A stretch of DNA of 39,253 bases from Solirubrobacterales bacterium (GCA_003151895.1 PLYX01000062.1:5427-44679); one strand, 5' to 3'. Positions 18,373 to 26,210 are shown, counted from the stretch's first letter. Numbers and translations are program-made. The notes: generated by a model not told the origin, from the sequence alone.

Positions 18373-19083
18373 ATGTCACGCCGTCTGATCATCGCCCTGC
18401 TCGGCGCCCTTGCGCTGGCGCCGGCCGGCAACGCGCTTGCGAACACGGCCACGCAACCGGGCCCGTCAGCCGAGAGCGGAAACCCGATCAACGACCAGGG
18501 CAGCAGCTACCACTACCGCTCCGAAATAACTTCTGTCACACCGAACGTGCCGGGGCTGAGCCTCGAAGTGCTCGAGTTCGCCGACCGCCTCGTGTTGACC
18601 AACCACACCGGCAAGACGGTGACCGTCTATGGCTACTCGGGCGAGCCCTACGCGCGCGTGCAACCCGACGGCACGACCGAACAGAACGTGCGCTCGCCGG
18701 CCGTGTACCTCAACACGAACTTCTACGCGAACGTCACGGTCCCGCCGTCGGCGAGCGCGAGCGATCCCCCGAAGTGGGTGGTGGTCGACCGGACGGGTCA
18801 GTTCGAATGGCATGACCATCGAATCCATTGGATGAGCCCCGTGACGCCCCCTCAGGTCACTGACAAGAGCAAGCGCACGAAGATCTTCGATTGGAGCGTG
18901 CCGATCTCCGTCGGAGTGCAGAAGGGAGTGGTGGACGGTCAGCTCTTCTGGGTGCCGGAGAGCTCGAAAGCTCCCACCGCCGCGATCGTGGCGCTGATCG
19001 TGATCGTGGCGGCCGCGTTTGCGTTCGTGTTCTTCGTGCGACGGCGCCGCAAATCGCGCCCGCCCGCCCGGGAGGTTTGGTGA
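18373..19083 (+). CDS. Exported protein with WHDHRIHWM motif and C-terminal membrane anchor
   Basis: GAGGAG RBS, signal peptide (ALA|N), GYSGEPY, SPAVYLN, WHDHRIHWM, and a C-terminal TM helix followed by a basic tail. Confidence 0.8.
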   Translation: MSRRLIIALLGALALAPAGNALANTATQPGPSAESGNPINDQGSSYHYRSEITSVTPNVPGLSLEVLEFADRLVLTNHTGKTVTVYGYSGEPYARVQPDGTTEQNVRSPAVYLNTNFYANVTVPPSASASDPPKWVVVDRTGQFEWHDHRIHWMSPVTPPQVTDKSKRTKIFDWSVPISVGVQKGVVDGQLFWVPESSKAPTAAIVALIVIVAAAFAFVFFVRRRRKSRPPAREVW

Positions 19084-19084
19084 G

Positions 19085-20923
19085 GTGCGGGCACGCCGTC
19101 TGTGCCTGGCGGTCGCTCTGCTCGTCGGCGCTTCGCTAACGGGCGCACCTAGCGCTTTCGCTCACGCGCAGCTACTTGGCACCTCGCCGCAATCGGGCGC
19201 GATCGTACCCAAGCAGCCCGCCGAGGTCATCTTCGAGTTCAACCAGGCCGTCGGCGGGACGCTCGGGGCGGTGCGCGTGTACAACGCGCAGGGCGAAGAG
19301 GTCGACAACCTCGACGTGGGCCATCCCGAAGGTAAACAGCATTGGATGGGTGTCGGCCTGAAGGCGAACCTGCCGGACGGCACCTACACCGGCACCTATC
19401 GCGTGATCTCGGCCGACACGCACATCGTGTACGGGGGCCTCGTGTTCAACATCGGCCATGCCGGCGCGGCGCCGAAGTTCACCGTTGCGGGATTGATCGA
19501 CCGCAACAAGAGCGGCCAGGTCACCGAGGTCGCGTTCGGGGTCGCTCGTGGACTCGACTACCTCTCGCTTGCGCTGGGGCTCGGGGGACTCGTGTTCCTG
19601 TTTTGCGCGTGGCTGCCAGGCCTCGCGTCCACCGCTGGCGCGGAGAGCGGCTGGGAGGGAGCCTCGCGTGCGTTTGCGCGGCGCCTCGAGCTGCTGCTGA
19701 TCTTCGCCGTGGCCCTCGGGATCGCGGCGAGCGTACTCGGCATCCTGCTGCAGGGCGTGAGCGCCGCCGGAGTGTCGCTGTGGGCGTCGCTGAAAGGCGT
19801 GATCGTGAGCGACACCCTGAAAAGCCGCTTTGGCGAGGTGTGGGGTGCGCGGGGGATCGTGTGGGTCGCGTTCGGAGCCCTGTTGATCGCGGCACGCCTC
19901 GCACGGCGCGAGGCGATCCCGGTGCTGCGCCCCGCCGCGCTCGGCGCCGGCGGCACGGCTCCGGACGTGGACGGCACAGCTCCCGGCGGCGCGGCGCTCG
20001 GCCCCTATCCACCGCGTGTGGCGATCGTCGTGGTCGGGATAGGCGCCGCCTTCCTGGCGATGACCCCCGCGCTGAGCGGCCACGCGAGCGTCCAGAGTCC
20101 GACGGGGGTGTTCTTCCCGGCCGACGTGGTGCACGTGCTCGCCGCGAGCGTTTGGGTAGGCGGGATCGCGTGTCTACTGCTGGCGCTGCCGGCCGCGACT
20201 CGCGGGCTGGAGGGCACGCTGCGCAGCCGGCTGCTGGTTGCGGTGCTCGTGCGCTTCTCCCCGCTGGCACTCGGCTCCGTGATCGCGATCGCCGCCACGG
20301 GTGTCCTCCAAGCGTACATTGACGTGCGCTCGGTGGATGGGCTGCTGCACACCACCTACGGCGCGCTGATTCTCGCAAAGACCGCCCTACTGCTGGCGCT
20401 GATTGGACTGGGGTGGGTCAACCGCAATCGCGTGATCCCGGCGCTGAGGCGGATTGCCGGCGCCGGAGAGCCACCGGGCGCGGCAGGTGTCCTTGCGCGC
20501 CGATCCATGCGGGGGGAGCTCGCACTGATGCTCACCGTGCTCGGGGTAACGGCGGCACTCGTCAGCTACGCCCCCCCGATAGACGTGGCGAGCGGGCCGT
20601 TCTCGACGACCACGACGCTCGGGCCGGCGGAGTTGGAGATGACAGTTGAACCGGCGAGGGTCGGGCTGAACACCGTCCACCTGTACCTGATCGACGCGAC
20701 CACCGGCGCCCAGTTCACCGCCACCAAGGAATTGACCGTCACCGCGAAGCTCCCCGCCAAGGGAATCGGCCCGCTCCCACTTCAACCGAACCTCGCCGGC
20801 CCGGGCCACTACGTGCTGAACTCCGCCGAGCTGAGCCCGGGGGGCACGTGGCAGCTGCAGATCACAGATCGCGTCTCCGAATTCGAAGAGCACACAAAGA
20901 CGATCGACGTTCCCGTCAAATGA
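19085..20923 (+). CDS. CopC-CopD fusion copper resistance/uptake protein
   Basis: AFA|HAQL..TSP (CopC His1), YRVISADTH, CopD SGHA...HVLAASVWVGG, RFS and YG.L..K, then a C-terminal beta domain (PARVGLNTVH). GTG at 19085. Confidence 0.9.
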   Translation: MRARRLCLAVALLVGASLTGAPSAFAHAQLLGTSPQSGAIVPKQPAEVIFEFNQAVGGTLGAVRVYNAQGEEVDNLDVGHPEGKQHWMGVGLKANLPDGTYTGTYRVISADTHIVYGGLVFNIGHAGAAPKFTVAGLIDRNKSGQVTEVAFGVARGLDYLSLALGLGGLVFLFCAWLPGLASTAGAESGWEGASRAFARRLELLLIFAVALGIAASVLGILLQGVSAAGVSLWASLKGVIVSDTLKSRFGEVWGARGIVWVAFGALLIAARLARREAIPVLRPAALGAGGTAPDVDGTAPGGAALGPYPPRVAIVVVGIGAAFLAMTPALSGHASVQSPTGVFFPADVVHVLAASVWVGGIACLLLALPAATRGLEGTLRSRLLVAVLVRFSPLALGSVIAIAATGVLQAYIDVRSVDGLLHTTYGALILAKTALLLALIGLGWVNRNRVIPALRRIAGAGEPPGAAGVLARRSMRGELALMLTVLGVTAALVSYAPPIDVASGPFSTTTTLGPAELEMTVEPARVGLNTVHLYLIDATTGAQFTATKELTVTAKLPAKGIGPLPLQPNLAGPGHYVLNSAELSPGGTWQLQITDRVSEFEEHTKTIDVPVK

Positions 20924-20940
20924 GCCATCCAGGAGGACAC

Positions 20941-21669
20941 ATGAGGCCCAGGACCATCGCCACGCTGATCGCGCTGGCGTGGCTCGCCGCCCCGGCGGCC
21001 GCCCAGGCGCACATCAGCCTGCACCCCAACACGATCCCGGCGGGTGCGTTCGTCACGCTGAACGTCCGCGTTCCCGGCGAGCAGGAAGGCGCCTACGCCT
21101 ACAAGATCGACATGCAGATCCCCCCCGGGTTCACCGCGATCGACACCCAGAACGTGCCGGGTTGGAGCGTCAAGGAGGTCATCACCAAACCCGCCAAGCC
21201 GATCCAGACCGACGAAGGCCCCGTCGACGAAGAGGTCTCGCAGATCATCTGGACGGGCGACCGCTCAACGCTCGGCCGCCTCGAAAACGGCGCGTTCGTC
21301 CAGTTCCCGCTGTCGATTGCGATGCCCGCGAACCTGGCCGGCCAATCGCTCGCGTTCAAGACCGTCCAGTACTACAGCAACGGCAAGGTCGTCCACTGGA
21401 TCGGCTCCCCGAGCGCCGAATTCCCCGCGCCCACCGTCAACATCACCGCCAAGGGCGGCGTGATCGAGGATGTCGCCGGAGGCGAGGCCGGCCCCACGCC
21501 CGGGCAGACGCCGGCAGGGCAAAGCGCAGCGGCGGCCCCCGCGAGCGCCGGCTCCTCCGGCGGCGCTAGCAAGGGCCTTGCGATCACCGCGCTGGTCGTG
21601 GGCGCGCTCGGCCTGATCGCGGGCTTGGGAGGGCTGCTCGTGGCGCGACGCGCGCGTGGTAGCTTTTGA
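20941..21669 (+). CDS. YcnI/DUF1775-family copper-binding membrane-anchored protein
   Basis: AGGAGGA RBS; AQA|HISLHP, RVPGE, VPGW, QYYSNG..VHW and PAPTV; C-terminal TM helix. Confidence 0.88.
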   Translation: MRPRTIATLIALAWLAAPAAAQAHISLHPNTIPAGAFVTLNVRVPGEQEGAYAYKIDMQIPPGFTAIDTQNVPGWSVKEVITKPAKPIQTDEGPVDEEVSQIIWTGDRSTLGRLENGAFVQFPLSIAMPANLAGQSLAFKTVQYYSNGKVVHWIGSPSAEFPAPTVNITAKGGVIEDVAGGEAGPTPGQTPAGQSAAAAPASAGSSGGASKGLAITALVVGALGLIAGLGGLLVARRARGSF

Positions 21670-21676
21670 GAAGCGC

Positions 21677-21820
21677 ATGATCGTGTTCGCCTGCCTCACC
21701 CACTGGTATACCTCGGCGATGTTCGTGGTCCCGGTCGTCGCCGTCGGCGGCTGGAGCTGGTGGAGCTCCCGTCGCAGCGGAAGGCGCGACGAGCGGCAGG
21801 GCCCTACCGCGCGAGCGTAA
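21677..21820 (+). CDS. Small membrane peptide, 47 aa (MIVFACLTHWYTSAMFVVPVVAVGGWSWWSSRRSGRRDERQGPTARA)
   Basis: Read manually and absent from the ORF track. Starts 7 nt after the ycnI-like stop; hydrophobic N-half and basic tail. Confidence 0.55.
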   Translation: MIVFACLTHWYTSAMFVVPVVAVGGWSWWSSRRSGRRDERQGPTARA

Positions 21821-21956
21821 GCCTGCGAAGCCGTCGCTCCGCTCGTAACTCGACGGCGGTCAGAGCCAACGCCGCGAGCCCGAGCAGCACGTAGGCGTCG
21901 GCGAAGATGAGTTGCGCCGCGTCGAGGTGGAGCTCGGAGTGCGGGGGATGGTTGAC
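21804..21956 (-). pseudogene. GT87/DUF2029 glycosyltransferase pseudogene, 3' fragment
   Basis: Encodes (V)NHPPHSELHLDAAQLIFADAYVLLGLAAL...TAG. Joins in frame to HVIWWVP on the far side of the IS once 21957-23852 is removed. Confidence 0.8.
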
Positions 21957-21992
21957 CAATGGGCGCCGCAAGCCCATTCCTTCGGGGAGGGG

Positions 21993-22409
21993 TCAAGGCG
22001 TCCGGCGCTGGTCTTGGATGTAGCGCTTGATGATGTCCAGGGGCGCGCCGCCACAGGACACGGCACAGTAAGAGGGCGACCAGAAGGCTGTTCCTGAGAA
22101 CTTGCCGCAGACCTCGGGGAGGTTGAGCGCTCTGATGCGTCTGGCGGACACGCCCTTGAGGCTGTTCACGAGTCCTGACAGCGCGACCTTGGGCGGATAG
22201 GCGACGAGCAGGTGGACGTGGTCGTCGCCTCCGTCGAACTCGAGCAGTTCGCTCTCGAAGTCCTCGCAGACCTTGCGGAAGCTCTGCTCGAGCTCTGAGC
22301 GGACGCGTTGCGTGATGACGCCGCGGCGGTACTTGGTGATGAAGACCAAATGTACGTGAAGGCTTGAGACCACGTGCCTGCCGGTACGAAACTCATGTCT
22401 TCCGTCCAT
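21993..22409 (-). CDS. tnpA: IS200/IS605 Y1 HUH transposase
   Basis: HLVFITKYRR, HUH motif DHVHLL, LVNSLKGVS, and FWSPSY...YI.DQ with the catalytic Tyr. Confidence 0.96.
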   Translation of the reverse strand: MDGRHEFRTGRHVVSSLHVHLVFITKYRRGVITQRVRSELEQSFRKVCEDFESELLEFDGGDDHVHLLVAYPPKVALSGLVNSLKGVSARRIRALNLPEVCGKFSGTAFWSPSYCAVSCGGAPLDIIKRYIQDQRRTP

Positions 22410-22415
22410 GAGGCC

Positions 22416-22425
22416 AACTATAGTT
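22416..22425. promoter_or_regulatory. Palindromic AACTATAGTT giving a TATAGT -10 hexamer on both strands for tnpA and tnpB
   Basis: TATAGT lies 8 nt before the tnpB ATG (22433) and 7 nt before the tnpA ATG (22409). Confidence 0.55.
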
Positions 22426-22432
22426 CCTGGAC

Positions 22433-23818
22433 ATGCTGGTCCACCGTTCCTACAAGCACAGGCTGAGGCTCACGCCCGAGCAGGAGGTGCTGTGCCGCCG
22501 CTTCGCGGGCTGCGCGCGGCTCGTCTACAACTCGGGTCTTGAGCAGCGCTCCCTCGGCTACGCCCTCACGGGCCAAGGGATGAGCTACATGCGCCAGACC
22601 TACTTCCTGAAGGAGGTTAAGGCCGACCCCGCCTTCGCGTTCCTGCGGGAGGCTCCCGCGCACGTGCTCCAGCAGGCGCTGCGCGATCTCGACCGGGCCT
22701 ACCAGAACTTCTTCGCGGGGCGCTCGCGCTACCCGAAGCCGCGCAGGCGCGGGGAGCACGACGGCTTCCGCTTCCCAGACCCGGACCCCAAGCAGATTGG
22801 TGTCCACGACCCCGCCCGCATCGGCCAGGTGCGCCTACCGAAGCTCGGCTGGGTGTCGCTGCGCAACTGCTGGCCCAGGCTTGGCGAGCGGCTGTTCGAG
22901 GGCGAGTGCAAGAACGTGAGCGTCGTCCGTGAGGCCGACGACTGGTACGCGAGCTTCGCCTGCGAGGTCGAGATGGCCGACCCGAGCACCCCTGAGAGAG
23001 GAGCGCTGGGCCTTGACGCCGGGGTCTCCAATAGCTACGCGACCTCCGGGGGCGAGCGCCACCACCTGCCGGTCCTCACCGACTCCGAGTGGGCGAAGAT
23101 CGGGCGGCTGCAGTCGTGCGTGAACCGCCGCCAGAAAGGATCTCGCAACCGCGAGAAGGCTCTGCGCCGGCTCGCGCGCTACCGCCACCGCGCGAGCCGG
23201 CGCAAGCACGACGAGCTGCACAAGCTGACCACGCGCCTGGCGAAGGGCCACGCACTGCTCTTCGCCGAGGATCTGCGCGTGAAGAACATGACCGCCTCGG
23301 CGAAGGGCACCGTGCAGGAGCCCGGCGTGAACGTCGCGCAGAAGGCCGGCCTTAACCGCGCGATCCTTGATCAGTGCTGGGGTGAGGGCCGCCGCCAGCT
23401 GTCCTACAAGTGCCTGTGGTACGGGTCGGGGTTTCACATCGTGAACGCCTGCCGCTCCTCTCAGGAATGCTCGAACTGCGGACACGTCGCAGCGGAGAGC
23501 CGCGAAAGCCAAGCGGTCTTCCGTTGCGTTGCCTGCGGGTTTGAGCGCCACGCGGATGTCAATGCCGCATGCAACATCCGCGAGCGAGGACTCGCGGAGC
23601 ACCGAGCAGCGCAAGCCGAAGCGGAAGCATCGGCAGCACCAGCAGCATCGGCCGGTGGAATGCCGGTTCCCGAGGGTCGCAAGACCCGAAGAGCCTGTGA
23701 AGGCCGGGCGTCGTCGAAGACCCCTGAGACGCCTGGACCCTCCAGGAAGCGAAGGGAGCAAGGCACCGGGCAACCGGTGCCCCAAGCCCGAGCTATTGTC
23801 ACGCCTCTCGGGGCGTGA
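22433..23818 (+). CDS. tnpB: RNA-guided endonuclease TnpB
   Basis: N-terminal HTH (YKHRL.LTPEQ...GCARLVYN); RuvC residues GLDAG, AEDL and HADVNAA.NI; zinc finger CSNC...CVAC; C-terminal tail overlaps the omegaRNA. Confidence 0.95.
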   Translation: MLVHRSYKHRLRLTPEQEVLCRRFAGCARLVYNSGLEQRSLGYALTGQGMSYMRQTYFLKEVKADPAFAFLREAPAHVLQQALRDLDRAYQNFFAGRSRYPKPRRRGEHDGFRFPDPDPKQIGVHDPARIGQVRLPKLGWVSLRNCWPRLGERLFEGECKNVSVVREADDWYASFACEVEMADPSTPERGALGLDAGVSNSYATSGGERHHLPVLTDSEWAKIGRLQSCVNRRQKGSRNREKALRRLARYRHRASRRKHDELHKLTTRLAKGHALLFAEDLRVKNMTASAKGTVQEPGVNVAQKAGLNRAILDQCWGEGRRQLSYKCLWYGSGFHIVNACRSSQECSNCGHVAAESRESQAVFRCVACGFERHADVNAACNIRERGLAEHRAAQAEAEASAAPAASAGGMPVPEGRKTRRACEGRASSKTPETPGPSRKRREQGTGQPVPQARAIVTPLGA

Positions 23819-23872
23819 CAGAAACCCCGAGCTTCAGGCCGGGGAGGTTCATGGGCACCCACCAGATCACGT
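23651..23872 (+). ncRNA. Predicted TnpB omegaRNA/reRNA scaffold, with guide taken from the right flank
   Basis: Series of hairpins (23652-66, 23674-87, 23704-36, 23762-81, 23797-820, right-end hairpin). GCCTG (23693-97) is complementary to CAGGC (23835-39), a likely pseudoknot. Guide would start at 23853 (GGGCACCCACCAGATCACGT). 5' boundary is approximate. Confidence 0.7.
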
Positions 23873-24394
23873 GTGACCAGCCCACCGCAGCGGCTATGGC
23901 GGCTGCGGTCAAGCGGGCGCGTGACCTTGTGCGCCAAGCACCGAGCGCGAACAGCAGGAGCGCGGGAACCGCCAGAACCCAATGATGCGACCAGGAGATC
24001 GGCGAGACGAGCAGCGCGCCGAGGGCGCAGAGGGAGAAGCCCGACGCCTCGTCTCCGCGTCGTCCCGCGCGCACGGCGCTACGGGCAGCAGCACGATGCT
24101 CCCGGCGGTCACAACTGGCCCGAGCACAGCCATCCGCACGAACGTCAGCGGAAGGAAGAGCAGCGCGGCGATCGGTGGGTAGGTGAACGCGAGCGCCCCC
24201 GGGAACCGCAACGCGTAGAGGTGCGTCCCGTCGAGGACCCCCTGCGCCCCATAGCGATACACGGCGAGGTCCACGAACCCCCACCCGTGTCCCATCTTGC
24301 TCGCGAGCAAGATCATGATCGAGGCGGCATACATCGCCGCGCAGATGCTTCGCGCGGGGAGGCGTCGTTGGTTTACACCGGCAACGCGTCGCAA
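23853..24394 (-). pseudogene. GT87/DUF2029 glycosyltransferase pseudogene, 5' part with internal deletion and frameshift
   Basis: VDLAVYRYGAQ...FTYPP in one frame; LLVSPISWSHHWV...WWVP in another, with the junction near 24078. The central GQ/KxxP region is missing. Confidence 0.8.
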
Positions 24395-24410
24395 GTCGCT
24401 CTACCAGTTA

Positions 24411-24454
24411 GGCTCCGACGCCGTCTCTCCACGGCTCCGACGCCGTCTCTCCAC
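24411..24454. repeat. Exact 22-nt tandem duplication
   Basis: GGCTCCGACGCCGTCTCTCCAC at 24411-24432 and 24433-24454. Confidence 0.9.
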
Positions 24455-24459
24455 ACCAC

Positions 24460-25938
24460 TCAGACTGGGTCCAGCAAGTGGAGATTGCCGGCGCTCGCTG
24501 CCTCGGGGGTGATGAGTGCGTTGGTCAGGTTCATCAGCTCCAGCACATGGTCGTGGCCGGCCCAGGGCATCAGCGACGCCCACCGTTGGGCGCGGTCGAT
24601 CACCCGCCACAGAGGAGTGGGATTCGCATTCTGACTGAGTGCGCGCAGCGCTGTCAGATACTCGTCGCGATAGGGGAGCGGAATCATGATTCGACACTGC
24701 GCGTAGAGGGAGAGCTCGGCGTTCATGAGCAATCTGGCGACGCGACCGTTACCGTCCGTGAACGGGTGAACCTCGGCAACGAGGAACATCGCGAAGATGG
24801 CTCTTGCAAGCCCCGCCTGGAGCGTATCGAGCAGCGCGAACCCTTCGCGCAAAGTGCCGCGTACGAGCTCAGGACGCACGAAAACGGTCATGCCGGCGCG
24901 ATTTGACTGTTCCTTGTACTGCCCCGGCGCCGCCTCGGGATGTCCGCCCATCACGAGCCGGTGGGCGGTCCGCAGGTATTCCTCGAGTTCGTCCGCGTTG
25001 GTCGGCGGTGAGGCGCGCAAGCGGGCGTCTGTGATCGCCTCGAAGGTGCCCTGCACGTCGTGGGCGTCGGCTGGGCGCTGGGTTGGGATGTGTCCTTCGA
25101 AGACGATCTGCTCAGCCTCCCGCACCTCGAACACGGTGCCCTCTATCCAGTTCGAGAAGTACCCCTCGAAGAAGGCGAACAGCCGCTCGGGATCTGGTGG
25201 CTCGGGACGTATCGCAAACGCTTGCGTCGCCAGCTCGGCACGCAGGGTCTCCAGCAGCGCGAGCCGGTCGGCGTCATAGCCCAAACCCGCCCTGCGCGCT
25301 CGTGCCGTGGCCGTCCGGAGTGGCGCATCGCGTGTGCCAAGCAGTGCCCCTATCAGCCGGTCCAGTTGCTCGAACTGCCTCTCGGCGCCCAATGCCGGCG
25401 CGATCTCACGCGCCCGGTCGCGTAGTTCGTTCAGCGCGCTCATCCCGCGCGCCCGCGCGATTCGGTCAAGCCATTGCTCGATCTCCTCTCGCCGAAGCGT
25501 GCGCGAAACGCCTGTCCGCGCCCGCGAGGACCGCAGGTTCTCCAGGGCTGTACGTGCCTGGCCCGACATGCGCAGGCCGATGAACTGGACGTCGCCTTCG
25601 ATCGGACCGGGCCCGTTGCGCGGGCGCAGCGTGAGCCCGGGAAGCGCAACCGGACGCGGGTTGATCGGGCGTGAGCCGATATCCAAGAACAGCGAGCCGT
25701 CATCGGCGGGCCCGGCGAGCACGGCGCTGCGGTCGACAATCACCGCGCCCGGGAAATACAGCGCCGACACGTCATACCAACGACGGCGCACGAGCTGCTC
25801 CGCCGGCTCCTGGAGATTGCTCGTGTACAGCCCACGCGCGAGTTTGCGGACCTCACCGCGCTTGGCGGCACGGCTCGCCCACCTGCTGTCCTCCGGGCGA
25901 AAGATCTCGGGCAAGTTGTGCGAGTTAGTAGGGCTCAT
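24460..25938 (-). CDS. Fic-domain protein with N-terminal AbiEi-like region
   Basis: Canonical Fic motif HPFTDGNGRVAR; upstream SNWIEG fits the (S/T)xxxE(G/N) inhibitory helix; N-terminal RKLARGLY. Confidence 0.9.
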   Translation of the reverse strand: MSPTNSHNLPEIFRPEDSRWASRAAKRGEVRKLARGLYTSNLQEPAEQLVRRRWYDVSALYFPGAVIVDRSAVLAGPADDGSLFLDIGSRPINPRPVALPGLTLRPRNGPGPIEGDVQFIGLRMSGQARTALENLRSSRARTGVSRTLRREEIEQWLDRIARARGMSALNELRDRAREIAPALGAERQFEQLDRLIGALLGTRDAPLRTATARARRAGLGYDADRLALLETLRAELATQAFAIRPEPPDPERLFAFFEGYFSNWIEGTVFEVREAEQIVFEGHIPTQRPADAHDVQGTFEAITDARLRASPPTNADELEEYLRTAHRLVMGGHPEAAPGQYKEQSNRAGMTVFVRPELVRGTLREGFALLDTLQAGLARAIFAMFLVAEVHPFTDGNGRVARLLMNAELSLYAQCRIMIPLPYRDEYLTALRALSQNANPTPLWRVIDRAQRWASLMPWAGHDHVLELMNLTNALITPEAASAGNLHLLDPV

Positions 25939-25987
25939 CAGCGGTCCAGATGCGAAGAACTGCCATTTAACGCTACCGCGTGGTGGA

Positions 25988-26015
25988 AGATCCTGTAGTT
26001 AGCACCACGGGATCT
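25988..26015. other. Imperfect palindrome upstream of the Fic gene (terminator, operator or REP-like)
   Basis: AGATCCTGTAGT-TAGC-ACCACGGGATCT: 12-position stem with one G-T pair and one mismatch. Confidence 0.45.
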
Positions 26016-26024
26016 GACCAGTCG

Positions 26025-26210
26025 TCATTCGAGACGGGTAGCAGCGTCATCGAGCCGATCGTCGCCCCAGAACAGCTCGCCGCCGACGGCGACGGTTGGC
26101 ACGCCGAAGACGCCGAGGCCATGGGCGGCATCGGTTGCCTCGCGCAGGGCGAGCTTGATTTCGGGGTCTTGGGTCGCCTGCTCCACTTCCAGTGGGTCCA
26201 AGCCGGCGCT
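26025..26210 (-). pseudogene. C-terminal remnant of a DsbA / 2-hydroxychromene-2-carboxylate isomerase family gene
   Basis: AGLDP...IKLALREATDAA..LGVFGVPT..VGGELFWGDDRL is present. The N-terminal thioredoxin/active-site half is absent and the divergent HAD gene occupies its place. Confidence 0.72.

Larger units (their letters stand above)
21957..23852 (+). mobile_element. Complete IS200/IS605-family element (IS605 group, divergent tnpA and tnpB), 1896 bp
   Basis: Inserted 3' of TTGAC (21952-21956), with no target duplication. Left end: CAAG guide plus hairpin 21973-21992. Right end: GAAA guide plus hairpin CCCCGAGC-TTCA-GGCCGGGG, ending in TTCAT. Removing the element restores the GT87 frame (WVPVNHPP). 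Confidence 0.92.

Noticed and set aside
22433-23818. TnpB as Cas12f, a nuclease-dead TldR, or part of an IStron
   Set aside because: No CRISPR array, all three RuvC acidic residues are present, tnpA and both IS ends are intact, and there is no room for a group I intron.
21951-23852. Alternative reading of the IS on the minus strand (target TGAAC, end TCAAC), or GTTGA/GTTCA as a target duplication
   Set aside because: Guide-cleavage-site pairing fits only TTGAC and TTCAT on the plus strand, and tnpB points to that right end as expected.
24411-24454. 22-nt duplication as the target-site duplication of the IS605 element, or as a CRISPR repeat
   Set aside because: IS200/IS605 elements make no target duplication, the element ends about 560 nt away, and the two copies have no spacer.
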